Position numbers and translations under genes: made by a program. From Candidatus Micrarchaeota archaeon (GTDB lineage: Archaea; Micrarchaeota; Micrarchaeia; Anstonellales; Bilamarchaeaceae): DNA of 64,000 bases. This document shows positions 18,668 through 27,934 of this stretch, one piece after another (position 1 is the first letter of the stretch; each line of letters opens with the position of its first letter). The stretch spans positions 7,015 through 71,014 of the forward strand of contig JAHJCT010000024.1 of assembly GCA_018812715.1 (NCBI GenBank). The letters are read 5' to 3'. Below the pieces are notes generated by a model. The model saw only the letters and a list, made by a program, of their open reading frames with translations, did no database searches and was not told the DNA's origin.

Positions 18668-20055
18668 TATTTTTCTAGATAATTTTCAATTTCCCAAGGA
18701 GTTACTTGCAATCTATATGAATCCCATTCTTTTGTTTTGGCTTCGATATATTTGGTATAAGTGTGCTCGCCTAATGCCTCTTGAATTAATCTATCGTCTT
18801 TCAATGCTTTCAATGCCTGCCAAAGCGAATGTGGTAGCGTATCAATATTTTTTTCTTGAAGTTTCTTGTCATCAAAATCATAAAGATTTTCTTCGATTGG
18901 CTCAGGCGGCTCAAAATTATTCTTAATGCCGTCCAAACCTGCTTTCAGCATTACTGCAAATGTTAAATACAAATTACAACTAGGATCAGGACAGCGAAGT
19001 TCGCATCTCGTTGATTGGCTTTTTCCTGCCGAATAACGCGGTATTCGTATCAATGCAGAACGATTAATCCTCGCCCAGCTAAGATAAACGGGTGCTTCAT
19101 AACCAGGAACAAGTCTTTTGTAAGAATTTACTGTTGGGGAAAGGATAGCAGACATTCCTTTTGCATGCTTTAATTGTCCTGCAATGAAACTGTATGCTGT
19201 TTTTGAAAGTTTATATTTATCAGAATCATCAAAAAATGCATTCTTTCCATTTTTGAATAAACTTTGATGCACATGCATACCTGAACCGTTTATGCCAGAG
19301 ATTGGCTTTGGCATAAATGTAGCATGCAATCCGTGTTTTTGTGCAATTGCCTTTAGTACAAATCTCATGGTTGTTCCATTATCAGCAGTGGTCAATGCAT
19401 CTGCATAGCGAAAATCTATTTCATGCTGGCCTAATGCCACCTCATGATGGCTGGCTTCGACATTGATATTAAATTTCTGAAGGGTAGTATTCATATCTCT
19501 CCGTATATCATAAGCTTGGTCTGTTGTTAAATCAAAATAGCTTCCTTTATCATGAGGAAGAGGAAGCAATTTGCCATTGTCTTTTCTAAAAAGAAAAAAT
19601 TCTAATTCAGGACCGACATTGTATTCAAAACCCATTTCTTTAGCATCTGCAAGAGTACGTTTGAGAATCTGGCGCGGATCTCCTTCAAAAGGTGATCCAT
19701 CTGGTCTATGTACATCACAGATAAATCTTGCTGTATTTCCATCATGTGAATTATGCCAAGGAAGAACTGCATATGTATTTACATCTGGTTTAAGGTACAT
19801 ATCGCTTTCATGAATGCGTGCAAAGCCATCTATTGAAGAACCGTCAAACCATGTACCATGTTTAACAGAGTCTTCAAGATGTTTGACTGGTATAGTAATT
19901 GATTTCACCATTCCAAAAAGATCAGTGAATTGTAAATTCACAAACTGCACATTGTCCTGTTCTATTTGTTCGAAAATTTCCATAATCTCGCCTCTCAAAT
20001 GTTTGAAATTTTGATAGAATTCCATTCTTTTTATTGTTTTCTTTGTAATTTCCAA
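18664..20055 (-). CDS. glnA: Glutamine synthetase type I.
   Basis: 463 aa. GS N-terminal beta-grasp and catalytic domain features, including the conserved NGSGMHVHQSLF region. Confidence 0.85.
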   Translation of the reverse strand: MEITKKTIKRMEFYQNFKHLRGEIMEIFEQIEQDNVQFVNLQFTDLFGMVKSITIPVKHLEDSVKHGTWFDGSSIDGFARIHESDMYLKPDVNTYAVLPWHNSHDGNTARFICDVHRPDGSPFEGDPRQILKRTLADAKEMGFEYNVGPELEFFLFRKDNGKLLPLPHDKGSYFDLTTDQAYDIRRDMNTTLQKFNINVEASHHEVALGQHEIDFRYADALTTADNGTTMRFVLKAIAQKHGLHATFMPKPISGINGSGMHVHQSLFKNGKNAFFDDSDKYKLSKTAYSFIAGQLKHAKGMSAILSPTVNSYKRLVPGYEAPVYLSWARINRSALIRIPRYSAGKSQSTRCELRCPDPSCNLYLTFAVMLKAGLDGIKNNFEPPEPIEENLYDFDDKKLQEKNIDTLPHSLWQALKALKDDRLIQEALGEHTYTKYIEAKTKEWDSYRLQVTPWEIENYLEKY

Positions 20056-20112
20056 ACAAATTATAGAAATATTAATAAATATTCCTTACAAATGTTTGGT
20101 TTATGAAGGTGC

Positions 20113-20580
20113 ATGATGATGAAATCCGAACATTTGGAGATAGACAAAACCGACCAGCGTATCCTCCTGGAACTCAGACAAAATTGCAGACGTTCATACA
20201 GGGAACTGGCAGCAAGCACGGGGATGAGCCCGGCAGCATTGATAGAGAGGATGAAGAAACTGGAAAAAGAGGGGATAATTACAGGTTACTCAGCAAATTT
20301 TGATTATCTTGCATTAGGTTTTGAATTTATGGGAATTGTTCAGATCAGCATATCTGGTGATCTGTTAAAAGCCCAGGAAAAAATTAGTAAACTGCAGGGC
20401 GTGGCGGCAGTATATGATATAACTGGCCAGTATGATGCTATTGCAATATTAATGTGCAAAAACAGGAATGAATTATCAGCATTAGTAAAAAAGATTTTAG
20501 TTATACCGGGAGTAGAAAAAACAAATACTAATATTGTATTAAATGTAGTAAAAAAACTTCAGGAATTTGAACAGATTTAG
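20113..20580 (+). CDS. lrp: Lrp/AsnC family transcriptional regulator.
   Basis: HTH DQRILLELRQNCRRSYRELAASTGMSPAALIERMKKLEKEGII followed by a RAM domain. It lies divergent from glnA. Confidence 0.85.
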   Translation: MMMKSEHLEIDKTDQRILLELRQNCRRSYRELAASTGMSPAALIERMKKLEKEGIITGYSANFDYLALGFEFMGIVQISISGDLLKAQEKISKLQGVAAVYDITGQYDAIAILMCKNRNELSALVKKILVIPGVEKTNTNIVLNVVKKLQEFEQI

Positions 20581-21863
20581 TGGTGGTTACCAAGCGCTTG
20601 AACTATTTTGAAGTTAAGGTCTCCCCAGGCATCTGCAAGCACTGCTGAATCACGAAAACCTCTGCCAGCATTGCCGTGATAATACTCTCTATCACTATCA
20701 AGACTTCTTATATGAAGTTCTACTCTTCTTATTCTGTCTGCCCCAAAAAGATTTGCCCTAAAATCTAAATGGCCAACACCACTGTAACCTGAACAACTTC
20801 TAGCCTCAGGATCTCTACATTGTGGGTAGAAAAGATGTTCGGTATCAACGAGTAAATGGCTATGCTTTGTTGTAATTAGATGATATAGTGCCTCAGCATG
20901 ATAACATCGTTTAGCTACAAGAGTACTGGCAACAACGTCATGGATTCCTTCTAAGATGAGGGTTGGATCAAAATCAGTTCCATCAGGAGAAACAAGTCCT
21001 TTAGATACTGCCTTGATAGTAGCAGAACCAGACGTTTTTTCACGTAAAATAAATGGAACCTGTTCACCAGTCTCTCTATTTGTTTTTGTTACTATTGGAA
21101 GGTTTCTGTTTTCAGCACATGCCATTGTATTAGATAAGTATTTTGAGAAGTTAACACGTAGTTTACTAATTTCATCTTCCAGAGATTGAAACAACTGCCT
21201 CATTTTTACAAACACTTTTGGATAAAGATATGTTGCAATTACGTCAGATTGTCTGTCATAACATGAGAAGAGTAGTAATTGTACTGCTGCAGGTCTCCAA
21301 TAATCAAGCATACTATGAGCCATGTTTCTTATTACATCTGGAAATTTACCATGAGACATCATATTGTGTAATGTGTGAGCACTTCTACCTCTGAAAAATT
21401 GAGGTTCAGACATGTCTATTGTTCTTACGAAAACTTCTGGAGGAACAACCACATAACCAGCTTTGGATTGATAAGGTTTTAGGAGAACGTTATAAATACT
21501 GGGTTCTTTTGCATCAGGAGGGGCTTCATCTTGAACTCTGAGCATGTTCAGATTAAGAAAAGAACGTCTGATGGCATTTTGATCAGCTTCAGAAAGATGT
21601 CTTAGAACAGCAGGTGGAAGAACGGTCCTTGCATCAAGTGGATGTAAAATCGCCAGGACAATACACATACCAGCCCAATGTGCATCTTTGCTTCTAGCAG
21701 TATATCTTATCACTTCTTCAGTTACTGCCTTAGCATGCGCAAATGCAAGATGGCCCTCAATTTTGCCATATCGCTTTGTAAAAATAGAACGTGCAGCCCT
21801 ATAAAGAAGTAGTTGTTGTTCAGGATTTTTTGGCAATGTCTCTAAGCGAAATGGTTTTGGCAT
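20577..21863 (-). CDS. Hypothetical 428-aa protein. Third gene of the fni operon.
   Basis: Long ORF 38 nt downstream of the RSH-like gene. No motif recognised. Confidence 0.5.
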   Translation of the reverse strand: MPKPFRLETLPKNPEQQLLLYRAARSIFTKRYGKIEGHLAFAHAKAVTEEVIRYTARSKDAHWAGMCIVLAILHPLDARTVLPPAVLRHLSEADQNAIRRSFLNLNMLRVQDEAPPDAKEPSIYNVLLKPYQSKAGYVVVPPEVFVRTIDMSEPQFFRGRSAHTLHNMMSHGKFPDVIRNMAHSMLDYWRPAAVQLLLFSCYDRQSDVIATYLYPKVFVKMRQLFQSLEDEISKLRVNFSKYLSNTMACAENRNLPIVTKTNRETGEQVPFILREKTSGSATIKAVSKGLVSPDGTDFDPTLILEGIHDVVASTLVAKRCYHAEALYHLITTKHSHLLVDTEHLFYPQCRDPEARSCSGYSGVGHLDFRANLFGADRIRRVELHIRSLDSDREYYHGNAGRGFRDSAVLADAWGDLNFKIVQALGNHH

Positions 21864-21901
21864 AATGGTGTTATGTCATAAACAGTATTTAAAAGTGTTT
21901 G

Positions 21902-23395
21902 TTACGCAAATCCGATCGAGGCAGTAATTTCGAGCTTCCTATCCATGAATCTTTTACGCTCTCCATTGACAAGGGGACATCCTTTATATCCATCATGGCT
22001 TGCCTCGCCTTCATCTGCTTTTTTGTGCATTGAAACAGTTCGAACTATGAATTCTGCAGGTACCATGACGCCATTGGTGGTCATTGTATCTAAATGGACA
22101 CTCTGATATTCTGTAACTGGTTTTGGATTGGTTGCGTAATCTTCCACGTTCTCTATACGCAGGCCAGAAACTCCCATATCTTGGGCAATTGGTAACACGC
22201 CCCTTTCATGAAGAAATGAGACTACACCATACATTTCAGGAGTGTCTGCTGTGATTACAGTAAGGCCGGCCCAATCATGCACCTCTCCAAGTGGAATGCC
22301 TTTTTTAAGAGATTTGTGTAAAAGGCCGCCAACTCCTTTGAAAGGTTTAAGTGCTACTGCAACAGTGCCAGGACCTACAAGATCAAACAGTTTAGAAACT
22401 ACCTGATAATTAGGGGCTACAAGAACCTGAAGATCAAGGCTTCTGGCCATGTGTTGAAGTGTAGCAAGAATAAATTTGTTAGTTGTTTCGAGTGCACCGA
22501 CTTTTCCTTGTACTTTCTCGGCGACTTCCTGGAAACGTTCTGGATAACGATAGAATACGGCATTGTCTCGCATCTGTCGATATGCATGAGTCTGCCCACC
22601 CCAATCAGCTATAGGACAGTAAACTCTAAGCATTGGATCGGCCCAGGCAGTCTGAACTGCGGACCAATCTGAATGTACAGGGAAAATACCTGGCATTCTG
22701 GTTGTTGCTGCCATCAGTGTCTCGGGGTCGTGAATAGTCATCATATCCGCTACTCTAGTGTAAAGTGCAATCAGGAGATTTGTAACATTTATTGAAGGAT
22801 CGTTAAGAAGCTCGACATATGCAGCTGAACGATCGCCCATAGTACTGTCAAGAGCAGCTAATCTTCTCTCAAGTTCGTGAGTTGGAAGAAAACGGGCACT
22901 AAAATCCCCAGTAGTAGGAAGATGGCTGGATGAAGTCAATGAATGGTAAAGAATCTGATCAGTAAGCTCCATTGAAAGCATATCTCTTTCGTCGGCAGAA
23001 GGATCTAAGAGCTTGCCTTCCACTGCTGCCCTTAGAACACATAAACTGTGTTGGAATACTTTTTCTGCACCGAGTTTTTCGTAATGTGCTCGTGCCTCGG
23101 CAACCTTTTTTTGTATAGCTTGTGAGAGATGGCCATTGCCGTTTTTTAGGCCCATAATAGTTTCTATTATACCAGAAGGAGAAATTGACATAAATGGCAC
23201 ACTGGACGAAGGGCGCATTGCAGATGGAGATAAGACTGTGTGAGCCATATGTATATTATGGTTCAACTTCTTTTTATATATATGTTTTTCCATCCTAAAC
23301 CACACTTTCTTTGCCGTAGCAAACAATCTGGTCAATTGCGTCCTACTGGTCGCTATTAGAGTATAGAAATAGGTTTCTTTATAAATGAGTGTCAC
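21902..23395 (-). CDS. RelA/SpoT-homologue-like nucleotidyltransferase. The C-terminal alarmone-synthetase-like domain carries a roughly 300-aa N-terminal region of unknown function. The start may be internal.
   Basis: VEDYATNPKPVTEYQSVHLDTMTTNGVMVPAEFIVRTVSMHKKADEGEASHDGYKG matches the RelA_SpoT signature DY...PK...GYQSlH......p.EiQIRT..MH..AE.G.AAH..YK. It lies 12 nt downstream of fni. Confidence 0.55.
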   Translation of the reverse strand: MTLIYKETYFYTLIATSRTQLTRLFATAKKVWFRMEKHIYKKKLNHNIHMAHTVLSPSAMRPSSSVPFMSISPSGIIETIMGLKNGNGHLSQAIQKKVAEARAHYEKLGAEKVFQHSLCVLRAAVEGKLLDPSADERDMLSMELTDQILYHSLTSSSHLPTTGDFSARFLPTHELERRLAALDSTMGDRSAAYVELLNDPSINVTNLLIALYTRVADMMTIHDPETLMAATTRMPGIFPVHSDWSAVQTAWADPMLRVYCPIADWGGQTHAYRQMRDNAVFYRYPERFQEVAEKVQGKVGALETTNKFILATLQHMARSLDLQVLVAPNYQVVSKLFDLVGPGTVAVALKPFKGVGGLLHKSLKKGIPLGEVHDWAGLTVITADTPEMYGVVSFLHERGVLPIAQDMGVSGLRIENVEDYATNPKPVTEYQSVHLDTMTTNGVMVPAEFIVRTVSMHKKADEGEASHDGYKGCPLVNGERKRFMDRKLEITASIGFA

Positions 23396-23407
23396 AAAAA
23401 AGGCATA

Positions 23408-24388
23408 CTAGTGGAAGAATAATTTGGCCTTTTTTAGTTGTTCATGATTTTTAGAGCCAGTAAGATAGGCACATATTTTCATCTGGTTCTTGAATACGCC
23501 GATAAACTCATCTAAAGCATCATCCTTCCATGCCTTAATGAATGGGTATGCAGCACCACATAGGTCTGCTCCTAATGCTATTGCCTTTACTCCGTCGATA
23601 CCATTTCTTATGCCTCCACTTGCTATTATGGGGAGTACATTCCGGCACATTACAATACAATCTGCAGTTGGAATGCCCCAATTTTCAAAGCCAGGAACAG
23701 GGCCTGAACGGAAATATTCTACCTTGCTCCAGGATGTTCCGCCGGCTCCAGCAACATCAATATAGCTTGCGCCAGCCTCTTTCAGCTTAACTGCAACGCT
23801 TTGATTCATACCTGCACCAGTTTCTTTGACAACAACAGGAACAGAAAGCCTGTCACAGGTCTTTCTAATGGCATCCAAAACCCCGCTAAAATCAGTATCC
23901 CCTTCTGGTTGTACAACTTCTTGGAGTGCATTCAAGTGTATGGCAAGGCCATCTGCTTCAATAGAGCTTACGAGTGACTCTATTTGTTCAAATGGGTATT
24001 TTTTAAGCTGAAAAGCGCCGATATTTGCAAGAAGAGGGATATTTGGTGCAACACTTCTTACCTCGTAAGTCTCCTTAAGTTTAGGTTTTTCAATCATTGC
24101 TCGCTGGGAACCAACACCAAACGCCAAACCATGTTTTTCTGCTGCTTTGGCAAGTTCTTTGTTAATATTCTTAGCAGCCGGATATCCCCCGGTCATGCCA
24201 GTAATTAATATAGGATAACTGATTTTTTTTCCGAGAAATGTAGTTGAAAGATCAACATCTTTTAAGTCAATCTCAGGAAGAGCATTGTGCATGAAATCCA
24301 TACGTTCGAATCTAGTTGTTTTTGCATACTGTGCATCTTTCCTTAATACAAGCTCGACATGATCTTTTTTTCTTGATTCAGTTCCCAT
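23408..24388 (-). CDS. fni: Isopentenyl-diphosphate delta-isomerase type 2 (FMN-dependent IDI-2).
   Basis: N-terminus RKKDHVELV. TIM-barrel FMN oxidoreductase body, including ILITGMTGG and VKETGAGM. Confidence 0.85.
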   Translation of the reverse strand: MGTESRKKDHVELVLRKDAQYAKTTRFERMDFMHNALPEIDLKDVDLSTTFLGKKISYPILITGMTGGYPAAKNINKELAKAAEKHGLAFGVGSQRAMIEKPKLKETYEVRSVAPNIPLLANIGAFQLKKYPFEQIESLVSSIEADGLAIHLNALQEVVQPEGDTDFSGVLDAIRKTCDRLSVPVVVKETGAGMNQSVAVKLKEAGASYIDVAGAGGTSWSKVEYFRSGPVPGFENWGIPTADCIVMCRNVLPIIASGGIRNGIDGVKAIALGADLCGAAYPFIKAWKDDALDEFIGVFKNQMKICAYLTGSKNHEQLKKAKLFFH

Positions 24389-24392
24389 AATA

Positions 24393-25130
24393 TTACCTGG
24401 CCAGTGGGTATTTTTCCATATACATTTGAGTTTGGAGAACAGTAAGGAATGGTAATATGATAAGAGAGTTAATTAAAAGAACGAAATAAGCAGAAAATGG
24501 ATGTGCGAAAAGGAAATCAGCGAATAATTTTAGGACAGAAATGACTAACAATGCCACAAATGACCAAATGAGGAAAAGATGTGGATTGGCAAGGGCCATC
24601 TGCATTGAACGTTTTATAGCAGTAGGAGTATCTGAATTATCTATCACAACAGCTGGCGGTACAAAGAAAAGAAGGAAGGAGATCACTAATGAAAAGATGG
24701 GGAATAACCAACTTCTTAATGGGTTTTCATAGGTAAGTAATTGAACTACAAATAAAAGTAAAAGAGCAAGCGTATAGATGTAAAATATGCGTGTTGCATA
24801 GCTACCCATTGCTGACACAACTTCTTGTTTTATTACATTCAGAGTTCTTTTTGAACGGATTATCAAATTTATGTTAACGATTGTATCTGCGATAAGAAAA
24901 ACTGCTACTGCATATGCAACCACAGTTATGATCAGATCTAACTGTGAAAGTTCAGGGATGCTGCCAGTGCGGATAAATACTGCGCCAAGAGAAAGATAGG
25001 TTGGAGCAGCAACTAAAACAGGAAGAAGAAATGCGAAGATGAATGGGATAGAGAAAATTACTATTAAACCTAAGCGTTTTAGATAAAATTCAAATGCATA
25101 CTTGAATGTACGGGAAATATCATCATCCAT
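24393..25130 (-). CDS. Polytopic membrane protein, hypothetical. The start is trimmed to MDDDIS to avoid overlap with the upstream gene.
   Basis: Multiple TM helices. The track ORF extends to 25355 but overlaps the stop of 25177-26565. Confidence 0.5.
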   Translation of the reverse strand: MDDDISRTFKYAFEFYLKRLGLIVIFSIPFIFAFLLPVLVAAPTYLSLGAVFIRTGSIPELSQLDLIITVVAYAVAVFLIADTIVNINLIIRSKRTLNVIKQEVVSAMGSYATRIFYIYTLALLLLFVVQLLTYENPLRSWLFPIFSLVISFLLFFVPPAVVIDNSDTPTAIKRSMQMALANPHLFLIWSFVALLVISVLKLFADFLFAHPFSAYFVLLINSLIILPFLTVLQTQMYMEKYPLAR

Positions 25131-25176
25131 AGACAAAAATATGAACGTATAATTTATTAGACTTAGCCTAATTTGG

Positions 25177-26565
25177 TTATTTGCCATTATACGCCCTATC
25201 TGCCATTTGCCACACAGCTGCAGATTGATAAAATCCTTTGAAAATATCGCCAGGAATTGTATATGATGAGAAATCTTTCCAGTTTGTTGGTGGCTTATAT
25301 GGTTCGTTATTTGGAAGGTCATTTCTACTGCTATAAAGAGGATTGATTGAAACAAGATAATTTCTGCTTGGATTTATTTGAACCCATGAAACATTTGCTT
25401 TTATTAATCCATCAAAAGCCTGTCTGATATTAAACTTATCATAAGAAGATTGAACATGATCAACCTCACCGGTTAAGATCATAACTTCAAGATCTGGCAT
25501 ATTGGCAATTGCATCATCGTACAAAACAACTGACTCTCTCATATCCCAATACTCATCTGCTTGTTCTGGTGTTGCAAAATGTGAAGGCCATGATCCATTG
25601 AAAATGTTCATGCTTTCCATTGCATATGTTACTGGACGAGAATAGAACAGTATTGAACCATTATCTCCCCCAGGATAATAATCAAGTGGAAAATCCTCAT
25701 CAAGTTCAAGTTTACCATTACCATTAAGATCAGGAATATCCTTACCAGCTATTTGAACAGTCGTATATTGATCATCACCATTGCCATCATGAAATACAGT
25801 ATAATATTGATAATTTGGATTATAAGTAAGATCACTATAATTTGAACCAAGAACAAGTGGACCATAGGCAGAATAACGTGGATTGAAATAATCGCCTTGT
25901 CCAGTTGCAGGTTTAAGCCAAATGCGCCCAAAATCACGGTTTGCTATTTGACTTGAAACTGGAGTTTCCCACTGAATAACATATCTCAAATGACCATTAA
26001 GCTCATTACCATAAAATGCAGGAACGGCGATAATGATATTACCGCCATTTGATACACCAATTAGCCCTATATCGTCGTGAAGAACACTAACATTAGCTAC
26101 ATCATCTATAGTGCGGCCAAGACTATCTGTTTTTTCACCAGCTGCATAAAGTATGACATCTTTGATTGCTAAGATACTGTTTTCTCCACGATAATCATAA
26201 ATTCCATCAGAACTAAGGCCAGACCAGTTATCTTTTGTGCCAGGAAAGAGAAGCGTGATTATTATTGTATCATCCAATTCAGGTGCAAGTTCATGATTAA
26301 TACCGCCGCCATCATAACCTCCAGGTACCCATATCACAACTGGTGCACCACCATCATAACGGGTATTATTCGGAAAATGAATGCGAACTGCAAGTGCCCC
26401 ATCTCCAGTGCTTGAAGATGGGAGTCGTATATCAACAACAGTAGCAGTTACCGTATTATTCTGGGATGTGGATTGATTTGAAGAAGAATCAGGAAAAAGA
26501 AAACACCCCGAAATTAGAAAAGTACTTGCAATCAAAAATAAAATTAAAAAGTTTCTAGACAACAT
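25177..26565 (-). CDS. Secreted lipoprotein with an alpha/beta-hydrolase (esterase/lipase-like) core.
   Basis: Signal peptide plus lipobox LISGC. GxSxG nucleophile elbow in GVSNGG. Confidence 0.55.
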   Translation of the reverse strand: MLSRNFLILFLIASTFLISGCFLFPDSSSNQSTSQNNTVTATVVDIRLPSSSTGDGALAVRIHFPNNTRYDGGAPVVIWVPGGYDGGGINHELAPELDDTIIITLLFPGTKDNWSGLSSDGIYDYRGENSILAIKDVILYAAGEKTDSLGRTIDDVANVSVLHDDIGLIGVSNGGNIIIAVPAFYGNELNGHLRYVIQWETPVSSQIANRDFGRIWLKPATGQGDYFNPRYSAYGPLVLGSNYSDLTYNPNYQYYTVFHDGNGDDQYTTVQIAGKDIPDLNGNGKLELDEDFPLDYYPGGDNGSILFYSRPVTYAMESMNIFNGSWPSHFATPEQADEYWDMRESVVLYDDAIANMPDLEVMILTGEVDHVQSSYDKFNIRQAFDGLIKANVSWVQINPSRNYLVSINPLYSSRNDLPNNEPYKPPTNWKDFSSYTIPGDIFKGFYQSAAVWQMADRAYNGK

Positions 26566-26627
26566 AATAATTCAAGGCAACCTATATTTTTAATTCATAT
26601 CGGAGATTAGATTGCTCAGGTGTATTT

Positions 26628-27323
26628 TTGTCAATCCAGAAATATAAAATAACAAAGATAAAGAAATTGGGATCAAATGTGAAGGTATTTTGCTTTGAGC
26701 CACTAGAAGGAAAACTGCCAGAATACAAACCAGGGCACTTTACATTTCTACATTTGTTTAATGAAAACGGAGAAAGCATTGTTAAGAGAGCTTATTCAAT
26801 AGCCTCATCACCAGATATGCCATATATAGAATTATGCATCAAGATGGTAAATGGAGAATTAACAGGTAGATTAGAAAGGATTGAGGTTGGGGGGGTAGTT
26901 GGTATTGAGCAACCTGGGGGCCACCTCACTTATGATGATCAGCCTAAAATTGCTCTTATAGCTGGTGGAACTGGAATCTCACCAATGATGAGTATATTAC
27001 GATATATAACATACAAGCAAATGAAAGGCGAATTCGTATTATTTTATAGTGCCAGGACCAGGGCAGACATACTTTATAGAGAAGAACTTGAGGAATTGCA
27101 GAAAAAAAATGAAAATATAACAGTAGTGATAACCCTTACACGCGAAGAATGGGAAGGAGAAAAAGGAAGGTTATGTCACGCTGTGATAGGAAAGTATATA
27201 GACGATACAAAGGGATTCAATTGGTGGATTTGCGGACCAATGGAAATGATAAAAACAATGAAACAATGTTTATCTTCATTAGGTGTAGAGGCTAAAAATA
27301 TCAAGATAGAAGGCTGGGGGTAG
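26628..27323 (+). CDS. FNR-like FAD/NAD(P)-binding oxidoreductase (PyrK/HydG-like electron-transfer subunit).
   Basis: RAYSIAS, an RxYS FAD-binding motif. GGTGISP NAD-binding motif. Confidence 0.65.
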   Translation: MSIQKYKITKIKKLGSNVKVFCFEPLEGKLPEYKPGHFTFLHLFNENGESIVKRAYSIASSPDMPYIELCIKMVNGELTGRLERIEVGGVVGIEQPGGHLTYDDQPKIALIAGGTGISPMMSILRYITYKQMKGEFVLFYSARTRADILYREELEELQKKNENITVVITLTREEWEGEKGRLCHAVIGKYIDDTKGFNWWICGPMEMIKTMKQCLSSLGVEAKNIKIEGWG

Positions 27324-27391
27324 AATTAAAAAACCAAACAAATGAATTAATTCATTCGATTCTATATGAAATGATTAGAGAGGGTTTTCAA

Positions 27392-27463
27392 ATGAAATAT
27401 GATAACTATCTAAGATGGGGATACAACCCCCCTCTTAGAAATATAGAGAGGGTTTTGAAATGA
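27392..27463 (+). promoter_or_regulatory. 23-codon leader ORF (MKYDNYLRWGYNPPLRNIERVLK). Its TGA stop overlaps the uL11 ATG as ATGA. The Shine-Dalgarno and start context are duplicated.
   Basis: agagagggttttcaaATG at 27377-27394 is repeated as agagagggttttgaaATG at 27445-27462. The leader's reading frame ends exactly at 27461-27463. Confidence 0.45.
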
Positions 27464-27930
27464 AGACGATTGATGTTATTGTTGAAGGTGGAAAGGCAAC
27501 AGCCGGACCTCCACTTGCACCAGCATTGGCTCCTATGGGAGTTAATATTGGACAAGTGGTTGCGAAAATCAATGAGGTAACAAAAGATTTTGCAGGCATG
27601 AAAGTGCCAGTTAAGGTAACTGTAAATCCAAAAACCAAAGAATTCACTGTTGACGTAGGTAGTCCGCCCACGGGAGAAATAATCAAAAAAGAGGCTGGGA
27701 TAGAGAAGGGAGCAGGTAATAGGGAACAACCTGCAGGAGACATAGCTTTGGAAGTCGTCGTAAAAATTGCTAAGGCTAAGAGCAATTCTCTTGGAAGTGC
27801 ATTAAAAGAAAAGACAAAAGAAGTATTAGGAACATGTCTTAGCATGGGAGTAACAGTGGAAGGCAAAAACGCAAGAGAGATAATCAAGGAAATCAATGAA
27901 GGAAAGCACGACTCTGTTTTTGCAGGATGA
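27460..27930 (+). CDS. rpl11: 50S ribosomal protein uL11.
   Basis: MKTIDVIVEGGKATAGPPLAPALAPMGVNIGQVV...KEFTVDVGSPPTGEI. Confidence 0.9.
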   Translation: MKTIDVIVEGGKATAGPPLAPALAPMGVNIGQVVAKINEVTKDFAGMKVPVKVTVNPKTKEFTVDVGSPPTGEIIKKEAGIEKGAGNREQPAGDIALEVVVKIAKAKSNSLGSALKEKTKEVLGTCLSMGVTVEGKNAREIIKEINEGKHDSVFAG

Positions 27931-27934
27931 CCAT

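Noticed and set aside
23490-24208. Plus-strand ORFs (23490-23765, 23542-23790, 23826-24011, 23984-24208).
   Set aside because: They are antisense to the well-supported fni (IDI-2) gene.
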